This document shows, piece by piece, positions 22,901 to 32,400 of a DNA stretch of 64,000 nucleotides; the stretch's first letter is position 1; each line of letters starts with the position of its first letter. The translations under genes and the position numbers were made by a program. The DNA is taken from the NCBI GenBank assembly GCA_032718475.1, contig JAUCBJ010007194.1:53027-117026 (forward strand), given 5' to 3'. The notes under the pieces were generated by a model. The model did not search any database, was not told the DNA's origin, and was given only the letters and a program-made list of their open reading frames with translations. Origin of the DNA: Nemertoderma westbladi (lineage: Eukaryota > Animalia > Xenacoelomorpha).

Positions 22901-24441
22901 CTTTGCTGCACTTCTTGCAACTCTAGCCTACTTTCCCTTACTGTGCCTTTGAATTGTTGAACAGTCTCCTGCATCTGCCCGAGCAGGAGATCCATCCCCC
23001 GCCGTCTCTCGTCCACCCATTCGACTGCCGAAACGGGAGTCGCCAACGTTGTAGCGGGCGGACGAGGGACAACGGGCGACAAATCATGAATATTTCGCTC
23101 GGGGTCCAGGACCTGAACTGTCTCCTGGGCAGTTCTACGGGGCACAGGTAGCTTAGTGCTATGCAGAGGGAATTTAGAGGTAGTTTCAGGGAGCACAGGT
23201 GTGTCTATCACCGAAGGGGTGATTTCAAGAACAGGCCTAATTATTTCAGGCTCATCTACTATAGTAGGGAGTCTTTCTATTTTAATTGTTTGGTCTGTGG
23301 GTTCTGTACTACCTAAGTTGGTGTTATTTAGTTGCCTTCTAACAGCTGGAGGCAAATCAGGCAATTTCTGACGGTGGAATGTTCTTTTACGTCTGCTTAG
23401 ACGAGATATATTTCCTTTGCCTTCAGTATCGGTGGTATCGCCTTCCTCAGATGATGTATATCCCTGTCTTTTGGGAGTAGATCGATTCATCATCTGCATA
23501 TTACTAGCTGCTAACTGTTTATTTATGCAGTCTTGATTCTCCTGAATGTTTTCCAATTCTAATTGGGTGGTTTCTTCAGCCGCTTTCCGTTCTGCTTCTG
23601 CCACTTTTGCCTCTGCCGCTGCCTCTGCCGCTGCCTCTGCTGCTTTTGCCTCTGCCGCTGCCTCTGCCGCTGCCTCTGCCGCTTTTGCCTTGGCCGCTGC
23701 CTCTGCCGCTTTTGCCTTGACCGCTGCCGCCTTTCTTTCTGCTTCTGCAGCTACCACTGCTGCTTTCTTTCTGTCTTCTATGCGTTTTTTCTTTACTTGT
23801 TCTTCTTGGACTCGTGTGATGCGGAGTTGTTCATCAAATTTAGCCTGGTTCGCAGCCCTCATATCCACATCGATGGCATCCAACACAAGCTTGGTTCCTT
23901 CACTATTAGGGCTAAGTCCCTCTAACCTTCTCCTCAACTCGTCATCACCTAAAAAACGTTGATAGTCTGACAGATAGATGTCAATGGCATCCCTCTTATG
24001 CGGTTTCTCTGCTGTCACTTCGCTTTCTTCTTGAGAAGAAGTGGCGTCGGTTGATTCTTCATAGGTTGGCCGCTCATCATAAACCTTATCCACCATCTTC
24101 GCTCCGCGTTCGGGCGTCCGCTCAACAGTATCTGAACTACTGGAGCTATCAGGCCGTTGAGAAGTAAGTTCTTGGCTCGCGGGTTGTTGAGGTTCCGCTG
24201 CTTCTTGGTCCCGCTTGACCTGAGCTCGAGTGCCTATGATAGACCTACGATGTTGGACTAGCCTAGGGTCTGAGATTACTACAGTAGGGATGGCCTTTCT
24301 TACAGCAGGAGGTGACTTCGACTTGGATCTAGGATGTTCTATACTTTGATCTTGGTCACAGATCTTTTTAAGGCACTGTCTAACAGTCATTCTAACACTT
24401 TCTATGAGACTATCTGACAGTGTTTGTCGTGAGTCAGACAT
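19987..24441 (-). CDS. Bel/Pao Gag-protease ORF (1484 aa) fused in frame to residual pol fragments
   Basis: Ala/Glu/Lys coiled coil, capsid-like FNGDEMKWLPF..EKLRFLIECLEG, triple knuckles (CVLCDGPH, CYNCLRRGH, CAKCGAKHH) and protease ALLDSGS. Then WRYCP..NPTDIASRG and the pol C-terminus. No YxDD or integrase core. Confidence 0.93.
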   Translation of the reverse strand: MSDSRQTLSDSLIESVRMTVRQCLKKICDQDQSIEHPRSKSKSPPAVRKAIPTVVISDPRLVQHRRSIIGTRAQVKRDQEAAEPQQPASQELTSQRPDSSSSSDTVERTPERGAKMVDKVYDERPTYEESTDATSSQEESEVTAEKPHKRDAIDIYLSDYQRFLGDDELRRRLEGLSPNSEGTKLVLDAIDVDMRAANQAKFDEQLRITRVQEEQVKKKRIEDRKKAAVVAAEAERKAAAVKAKAAEAAAKAKAAEAAAEAAAEAKAAEAAAEAAAEAKVAEAERKAAEETTQLELENIQENQDCINKQLAASNMQMMNRSTPKRQGYTSSEEGDTTDTEGKGNISRLSRRKRTFHRQKLPDLPPAVRRQLNNTNLGSTEPTDQTIKIERLPTIVDEPEIIRPVLEITPSVIDTPVLPETTSKFPLHSTKLPVPRRTAQETVQVLDPERNIHDLSPVVPRPPATTLATPVSAVEWVDERRRGMDLLLGQMQETVQQFKGTVRESRLELQEVQQSIALERDKLVNTQKSIPPPSVTMCQPVRSEVSHAQGVEPTRIYTASEVETPIVNPIKGNYRPVDKDIPYRTDHNPRNLYTDNSILNNTMAQESFTRQMARTEARQAVKVGEIVKFNGDEMKWLPFNEYYKDNIQNSVLSNGEKLRFLIECLEGSPKLMALKFIGHPDGLRQVWDTLNIRYGNRNKIAGYLYAKLVAPRKFISNGIIEFSDEIQEICRQLDWLGKSHEYQSAMVIRAVASTLPKGGVGTRWDKKVLYMMEQQRRDPTMTDLMSFLDREVKLQLLRQSREKTLENKVSEKPVSKRRVTPMCYTDDGESQTSQGEDSGKDTERSYYVNKTPKDQVSKSKSRPNDRREPVQKTPPTSPKRIQVRKPEERTSVHHIAQVKVSNIKPKCVLCDGPHRLNACDKFLRKSLKDRREVMWDKRLCYNCLRRGHQRRTCYSDARCAKCGAKHHILLHTEFERNSPSLVSESELHVQFSDVNDTDQSEMEGFYTDEFSDQNESCYLINTTAVYRALVHEKDTDSDLTLTTSDQQPSWKAPTSNIGIREFPVVQLRVHGPQKSYIVNALLDSGSTGTFIDKELAEVIFAGQPKFRTKLNMSGIMQVWNSTVAADYYIGELSTPQDKLGEYSIRSVKMVAIKNFATTQVEPYNWDEDDHAQQLNIPRFDTDYPGVQILISQNAHEALETLEKRPAQPQPLQTYAVRTRVGWYLTGPSRRTLRERLLQDRVRQVSEWEDDTSEGDDPTEGTPYSSDNDDISSNVDQWRYCPKKFNPTDIASRGATPQELTDTTDRLGEPDFLSKEDEWPPHLTPTEIRPAKGAEKVKPKTRTGGAELFEPGIDLSVLHIARDDAVDLDLPTASGSFMKIRGSDWSSGTSDVSQGLSPLLQGATDHYSSWNRLCKAVVYLERCFYRHYSRTKRKPGIVFGMQRLNHPVGRLCLPEGNGGLSGNCGRQDSLPTTTSLILQTSRDSIT

Positions 24442-25772
24442 GTTTGATTGTACAGTTGAATGCCTACTGCTATATTACAGTTAAAGCAAGTCTAGTAATT
24501 CAGTATCACTGTTAGCCTAGTAATTAATTACCGATACTGCTACTCAATGTAGCGTGATATATATAATATATTAGAATACCGGTATGTTTATAGTATATAT
24601 AAGTATTATTACAGACTAGGTTTGTTACAGAATACCGGTATAATTTTAGCACAAATATATAAATATATAATAGGCCTATCGTGAATACCGGTATACAGCC
24701 TACTTATAGTATATATAAGTATAATTCTGGACTAGAATTAATTGCAGAGTACCGGTATGATTTCAGCCTAAATTTATAGAAATAAAGATAATAGGCCTAT
24801 CGTAAATACCGGTATGTCAATTATTTTAAATAATTGAATTTCTGAATTTTTTAAGGGTTACTTGGTTACTTTACTTACTTTATTACCGTTATTTGAGCGG
24901 TAGTCCAACTGATATTGAGACCTAATGGTTGTATGGTAGGCCTACTATTTATAAATTGTTAGATTTGATTTATAATATATATATACCCGTTTTAATAGGT
25001 TTTGTCAATGTTTGAAATAAATGTTATTATTTCTGGGGAGTAATCACTACACAAAGCGGTGCGCTTTCAGTGAAGTGTTACTTATAGGACACTAAAACAA
25101 ATAATGCTAATTTACCTAAGTTACTTAATACTACAAATTACGTACAATTCGGGTGAGATTACAATCTCTAAATAAACACAAAAATTTACAAAAACACAAA
25201 ATACGAATTTTCAGGGTAATTTTACAAGAAGTCTACAAACCAGCCTAACAAAGGGTTAGTATCTGGTTATTACAACGGACAGGGTACTGCGGTAGGTATT
25301 TGAAAATAATACGTAGTAGTGAATACACTGCGTTGTCCAGATAGGAAAATACCACCGCCTGACGACCTATAGCCGTATCGTATATACTTAGGTATATACG
25401 GTACTACGTTATGTATCATGGAGTGTTCCTACCTAGAAGTTAATAGAGCTAATCGAACGTGCCTATCAACCACTTTACAACACAAATATAATGTCTACCC
25501 TAATTACTTTCGGAAAGCACTGTACACTAAACCCTAAATTAGGTACGAGTACTTGTACAACATATAATCAGTAGTTAAATATACTTGAACAGCTAAAAGA
25601 ACCACGGCATCTGCTGGAGTGACCGGTGCACAAAATCACCAGTCTTTACCTACGCCAAGCAGCCCGTGTAGTACCGGGGTTAATTTAACTATAGCGGTAT
25701 GTATAACAAACACAATTATTGTAGGAACAAACTTGGGGAATGAATGTTGCGAATAATCGCATAAACTCTGAA

Positions 25773-26345
25773 TAATAAATATTACGCTACCCGTACAAAC
25801 CACTCAAACAAAATGCAGACCAAATACTGACAGACTACTATCAAGCCTAAATAAACTATAGGACATGCAGACTCCGAAATGATTAGGTAGTATGCGTTCT
25901 AACCCAGTAGTACGACTTATTCTTTAGATGGGGGTTTACCTTACAGCTTTGGCTGCCCCTACTTCCTAACCGTTCTTTATCGGACAGAGGCTCTACACAC
26001 ACTGCAATCCGTTCAGACCTAATAACAGCCAGACAACTATCCAGCCTACAAATTATCTAAATAAATATTATACGCTACCTGTACAGACTACACAAACAAA
26101 GTACAGACTAAACGATGGCAGACTACTCTCAAGCCTAAATAAACTACAGGACATGCAGACTCCGAAATGATTAGGTAGTATGCGTTCTAACCCAGTAGTA
26201 CGACTTATTCTTTAGTTGGGGGTTTACCTTACAGCATTGGCTGCCCCTACTTCCTAACCGTTCTTTATCGGACAGGTGATCTACACACACTGCAATCCGT
26301 TCAGACTTAACAACAATCAGACAACAGCTCAGCCTACAAATTGTC
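25773..26345. repeat. ~288-bp tandem duplication in the 5' leader of A
   Basis: GGACATGCAGACTCCGAAATGATTAGG occurs at 25861 and 26149 with continuing identity. Confidence 0.9.
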
Positions 26346-26704
26346 TGTACAATCTGATCAGGCTTACACGCCTTCTGTTCAATACTGGCCTACAAACAAA
26401 TAAAACTTGACAGAAATAAGTAAAAATCTCAATAAAAAACCAGGGCGGGCCCTCCCTGATTAATTATTAAGGCCTACCGGTATATAACTATCAAATTCGA
26501 ATAATACTAATGTACTTATACGGGAAGTACCGGTTAGGACAGTTAGGCCTACGGACCTACAGAAGTACCGGTTCTGGCAGTTGGACCTACGGACCTACGG
26601 CAGTACCGGTTCTGGCAGTTGGGCCTACTGACCTACAGATGTACCGTTCAGGTTTACCGGTTGACCGGTACTTTCAACTTTATTGCTTACTGCAATAAAG
26701 AAGC

Positions 26705-26716
26705 TATATCCGTTAT
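26705..26716 (-). promoter_or_regulatory. Non-tRNA PBS-position sequence of A, complementary to its own LTR
   Basis: Sense ATAACGGATATA abuts the 5' LTR and is the reverse complement of the sense LTR 12-mer at 27453-27464. Confidence 0.7.
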
Positions 26717-27906
26717 TGTTCGCGCTTTCAGACCTTTGGCAGTTTAACCCTCCAAATTAGGATGTCTTCTAGATAATAAATCGCTTTAGCCTCTAACAAG
26801 TATTTGATTCACTACACTAGTTGAAACCAATCTGTGCGCGATCATTCACCCGTTGGATATACCCGGGAGATTGATTTCGACAGCTTAATCGTATTGCTAT
26901 GTAATCCTAATGTATTATTCGACTGACAGTATTATATAATCTCTGACAATATTATTCACCTTCGGGAAATATTAACAGTTCCTTTAGGACATGGCGCTCT
27001 ATCTATATAAACAGAGTTATGACTTAAACTACTCACAACGGTATGGCTTAGTTACAATTCACATATATGGCGCATTCTTTAGGAAATGCTTCGTTATCAG
27101 TCTCACTCATACACAATGCTGCACAATACAGCACACTAATCTGCCGATCTTCACTGATTTTAGTCACATATAAAAGGAACACAGACCGACTCATGTAGGG
27201 TCTATCAAATAACATTAAATTCACTTCAAACCACTTTAACATAAGTTACAATTGTTATATGTAACCTTTCTCTCTTACCTTCGGTATATCAAGAATATTG
27301 GGTTTCGGGGTTATTTCTCGTTATTCCAAATATAATAATTCATCAACAAATATAATGAATAACCGACAGCAAAGCAGTAATGTTAAGTTAAGTTGCACAG
27401 TATGGCCCAGTTAACCAGTGTTAACCAGTGCAGATAACATTGAGTTACCCAGATAACGGATATATGTCCTTATAATTAAGCCTACTAGTGTAAGGCTAAA
27501 GCAGAAAAGCACAAAATACTCCAAAGCCGTTCTTCCTTGGCTCAGGACTGAATGATAACACTGCCCATAATGCATTACGTGATTTCTCGGAAATTTCTGT
27601 ACAAGAGCCATAAAAATGCTCTGATTGGCTGACTGAACTAAGAGAGAACAAAGAAACAAAGAAATGTTCTACGTGGCAATATCAGCTGTTAGCCGTCGTC
27701 ATGGTAGCGACACTGTTTTCAAGAGTATCCAGCTATTGCGTCACGAAATTACGGATTATGTCCTTTAAAGTACACATACAGAAGAAATGGCTTTTATGTC
27801 CTCTAAAACACCAGTACAGTAAGGACACGGCCTTTTTATGCCTGGTAAACCAACTACAGAGTACTTTAAGGGAAAATAACCGGCTAATTACGCAAAAGCT
27901 TTTACA
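26717..27906 (-). repeat. 5' LTR of A
   Basis: TGTAAAAGC...GCGCGAACA on the minus strand, with the TSD adjacent. Confidence 0.96.
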
Positions 27907-27949
27907 ACTTACTACATTCAACCATCTTCTTGGGAAATTTTCGTTGTGG

Positions 27950-28380
27950 AAGGGGTGTTACGCGGCAGTCTGGGATCTAAAGCTGGACTCATTACAACGC
28001 CTACGCCCCAAACTGCACACATAACGGACAATGAATAGAACGCTGGAAGTGAAGTCACGTGGAATGCACCAGGGACCCACCAGAATAACACTCCCAGAAA
28101 CATAAAGCTCAGCCAACAAAGTCATGTGGAATGCATCAGGGACCCACCAGAATAACGTGGCTGAGGAACATAAAGTCTCTATCGACGAAGTCATGTGGAA
28201 TGGTGTTACGCAACATTCTGGGATCTACAGCTGGACTCGTTACACCGCCTACGCCCCAAACTGCACGTAACGATCCCACCAGAATAACGCGATAGAGGGC
28301 GTGTTGCATGGCAGTCCGGGATCTACAGCTGGACTCGTTACACCGCCTACGCCCCGAACTGCACACGCAACGGACAACAC
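27950..28380. repeat. Interleaved direct repeats in the D region between pol and the extra ORF
   Basis: GGGATCTACAGCTGGACTCGTTACACCGCCTACGCCCC occurs 3 times (~27972, 28220, 28318). AAGTCATGTGGAATG..GACCCACCAGAATAAC occurs 2-3 times. Confidence 0.8.
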
Positions 28381-28466
28381 AATACAACATAATGGATACA
28401 ATGAATTCCATTTCGGAACTTTCCCATTTCTGATAATCCAAGGTAGTTGGTCCCGATACCAAAATC

Positions 28467-29215
28467 TACGGTGGCCCATAACTGTCACAGTATATAAAAA
28501 GGAACGGCAGAAATTAAAAAGCCACGGCAGAAATTAAAAAGCCACGGCAGAAATTAAAAAGCCACGGCAGAAATTAAAGAAGCTACGGCAGAAATTAAAA
28601 AGCCACGGCAGAAATTAAAAAGTAACTGCTATTGCTAGATTATATGAGTATGAGTGCCGACTGCAAGCTATTGCTATCGGCCAGTAAAAAAATAGGTAAA
28701 AAAAATAATAAAAAAAAAAGGTAAAAAAAAAGTAGAAAAAATAGGTGAAATGTAAAAAAGGTAAGGTAAAAATAGGTACGAAAAAATATTTGCTATAATG
28801 TGTTGTAATAATCACGGCTTTTTAATTTCTGCCGTGGCTTTTTAATTTCTGCCGTAGCTCCTTTAATTTCTGCCGTGGCTTTTTAATTTCTGCCGTGGCT
28901 TTTTAATTTCTGCCGTGGCTTTTTAATTTCTGCCGTGGCTTTTTAATTTCTGCCGTGGCTTTTTAATTTCTGCCGTGGCTTTTTAATTTCTGCCGTAGCT
29001 TCTTTAATTTCTGCCGTGGCTTTTTAACTTCTGCCGTGGCTTTTTAATTTCTGCCGTGGCTTTTTAATTTCTGCCGTGGCTTTTTAATTTCTGCCGTGGC
29101 TTTTTAATTTCTGCCGTGGCTTTTTAATTTCTGCCGTAGCTTCTTTAATTTCTGCCGTGGCTTTTTAATTTCTGCCGTTCCTTTTTATATCCTGTGACAG
29201 TTATAGGACACCGTA
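28467..29215. mobile_element. Non-autonomous foldback DNA transposon with 20-bp tandem-repeat TIRs
   Basis: TACGGTG..CATAACTGTCACAG / CTGTGACAGTTATAG..CACCGTA termini. Unit AAAAAGCCACGGCAGAAATT ~6x on the left and ~18x inverted on the right. 6-bp TSD AAAATC at 28461-28466 and 29216-29221. Confidence 0.9.
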
Positions 29216-29401
29216 AAAATCAGGGTGAACAAAACATAAACTACCCTGCGTCAGTCGAAACATCTGTAGGGTGACGCTGGACTCCACATAACACGCGAGG
29301 AAACACAAAATACCATGCGTGGTTACAGTTGGTTTAAGGGGGGTCCATATTCATTGTCGGTAAATCACATTTAAAGAGTTTGTCAACAGGATGGGAAGGG
29401 T

Positions 29402-32400
29402 TTAAACGGGTTTATCATTGTCACCAATGTCCGCAGCAGGATCCAGAGTAGGGAACTTATCACCTCTCGTGGAGTTACCACTGTCATTGCCTTTGAGAAG
29501 GCACAGCCTCTGGATAGGGCTTTGGTAGTGGCCCTTTGCCGTTCGTATCGTCACTGTTCTCGCAAATCCATCTTTGCTAGGGGTTATCTCCACGACACGC
29601 GCCACAGGCCAGTGGACGCGGTCTTTAAGGTCTTCAGTGACATGGTACTTCACCAACTGCGACATTCCGGTACGTATTATTCCATTTTCTCCTTGTTCGG
29701 AGGGTTATAAGGTACCCCTGGGCCCAGATTCTCCACCAATGCGCCGCCAGCACTTGGGCCTTCTTCCAGTTTGTGTGTTTCACGATGTCTTTGGGATCCT
29801 GGAACATGGCCTCCGGAAGGATGTTGGTCTTAGGTCTACCGAGGAGATGGTTGGGTGTGAGGGGTTCCAGATCGGTTGGGTCGTCATGGATGGGAACGAT
29901 TGGCTGGTTGTTTAAGGTGGCCGTGATTTCGCAGAATGTGGTGCGCAACGTATCATGAGTGACCCGGGTATCCCCTAACACGATTCGCATGGATCGTTTC
30001 ACTAGATCAATGAGTTTCTCCCATACCCCGCTCGTATGGGGTGCTAGGGGTGTTTGGAAGTGCCATTGGATGTGGTGTTCCTTCCAAACGTGTGATGCGG
30101 TTTCGTCAGTAAACCATCCCTCGATAGCCTCTCTGAGTTCCCTTACTCCTCCCACAAAGTTCGTCCCGTTATCTGAGTACATATGCCGGCAGGAACCGTT
30201 GTTCGCCACGAACAGAAGCAGGGTGTTGATGAATGCGTGCTGCGTGAGGTTCACTATGAGGTCCAGGTAAATCGCCCTCGATCTTAAGCATGTAAAGATG
30301 GCTCCCCAGCATTTAATGTTGGATCGTCACTCAATAACCGTAAATGGTCCGAAGCAATCTACGCCGGTTCGGTTACGTAGAACGGCGGCGAGTCGGACTG
30401 AAGCCGCGTGGTTGGCAGATCGGCCATTCTTTGGGTGAGCGGTGGCGCTAGATATCTCCTGCAAGGGAAACACCATTTCAATACTTTCCGAATCAGTGGC
30501 TGGTTGTGGGTGATCCAGTATCGTTGCCGGATATTGGCCATGATCCAGTTTTGGCCCGCGTGATGATTTTCCTCATGAAATTGTTGGACTAGCAGCTTGG
30601 CTAGTGTAGACGTTCCTGGCAGAAGTGTCGGATACTTAATCTCATACTCGACCGGGGCGTTCGCCATCCTGGTATTAAGGCATATCAATCCGTCCTCTCC
30701 CATCATGGGTCTCAACTGGTAGACCGGGCTGTCAGGTTTCAAAGTCCTGCCCGCATTGAGCTGCTCCCATTCGTCGGGGAAACTTTCTTTCTGGACATAT
30801 CTCACAATACATTTCTCCGCGATAATGAGTTCTTGTATACTCCACCGAACTATCGGTTTGTTATCCTTCCACCGCAGGAAATTACGGAGGGTCATAACGT
30901 GGCTGGTTGCTCGGTAGTCGCAACGTTATAGTGCCTGCCCGAGTCCTTTGCAGGCTCAATCAGACAGCTATAGATCTCCATGGTGGTGCTCCCACGGACC
31001 TTGCGGATCTCCTTATTGTCTTCCGAATATTTCCCGCTATCTAATCCGGGATCAAATTGGGTGCTCCAGGTTCGTTGCGATTGCTTTAGGAATTCCGGAC
31101 CCGTAAGCCAGAGTTTATTCCTACCGAGCTATCGTGGGGTGGTGCCTCGGCTCGATAAGTCCGCCGGTTTAACTTTCCCATTTACATGATGTCACTGTTC
31201 TCTGTTGGTGCACTGTTTTATTTCCGTGGCCCGGTTCGCCACGAACGTTGTGTGTCGCCGTGATGGTGAATGGAGGTAGTAGAGTACAATGCTGGAATCG
31301 ACCCAGAAGTGTTGAGATTCAATGGGGATTCTAAGGTTTCGCATAATCATGCGGTTTTGTCTTACGACCCAGACTGCAGCTTGCAACTCGAGCCTTGGGA
31401 TAGTTGCCACAAATTCCCCGGATACCATCTTCGCTTTGGAGAATAAGAAACTAATATTGCCGTTTCCATCTTGGCTTAATCTCCGGATATATGTAACAAT
31501 ACCGTTTCCAGTATTCGAGGTATCCGAGAAGGTATGTAGCTGGAATATGTCGGTGGGCAGCTTGTTGAGGAAGAACGGTCGAGGAATTCGCATAAGGTGG
31601 AGCTGTTCAAGTTGCTCCATCCACTTCTTCCATTTAGCGCTAAGGTGTGGGGGGAGTTCTTCATCCCATCCCAGTCCTTCGATCCACATCTCTTTAATTA
31701 GATTCATTCTGGCCAACGTTACCGGGGATATGAAATTCAAAGGATCGAATATGGCACTCTTTATGGACAAACATCCCCTCTATGTCATTGGTTTGGGTAG
31801 GGGGTTATGTTTGAAGATAAACTGGTCCAGTTTTATGTCCCATTCAATACCAAGTACGCGGTGGTCTACACCCTCGGAATACATTTTATCATTATCCAAC
31901 TTGATCTCTTCCGGTAGCCTTTCCATAAGCTCTTTGTCATGTGATCTAAATTTTACTAGGGCAAAACCTCCCCTCTTTAAGCATTCTACCATTCCAATGG
32001 CGAGCTGGTATGCCTCGTCAACATTTTCGGCGCCAGCGCATCCATCATCCACATAAAAACATCTCCGGATGGTCTCGATAACAGTCAGAGGGAACTCATT
32101 TTCGCACATGGTCGCAGTTTTCTTCAACATGTCGCTACATGTGACTGGCGAATCCTTCGCACCAAAGATCCGGACAATCATATACATTATGTCCACATCC
32201 TCCGAAGTTAGTTGATTTATCTCTTGTGGGGTTAATGCCTTGTCTGTCCATAGAATACGGAGGCAATCAGAATCTCGTGGTAGAGTTTGCACTTGGTGGA
32301 ACATTGCCTTGATGTCACACATGAAGGCTACTTTATTCTCCCGGAATCGGATTAATACGCCGATCAGTGTACTGTATATGTTAGCTCCGGTATATAGCTG

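Larger units (their letters stand above)
15729..27906 (-). mobile_element. Bel/Pao family-1 copy A, complete with both LTRs, non-autonomous (no RT/RH/IN)
   Basis: Two ~1.19-kb LTRs with about ten differences seen. TG...CA termini. 5-bp TSD ACTTA at 15724-15728 and 27907-27911. Confidence 0.96.

Noticed and set aside
20315-23962. Plus-strand ORFs overlapping gag/pol, including Cys-rich CRCLC repeats
   Set aside because: These are antisense shadows of TE coding sequence and of the Ala/Glu/Lys repeat.
28496-29185. CRISPR-like array of 20-bp repeats
   Set aside because: There are no unique spacers. The units are head-to-tail and form the inverted arms of a foldback transposon in eukaryotic DNA.
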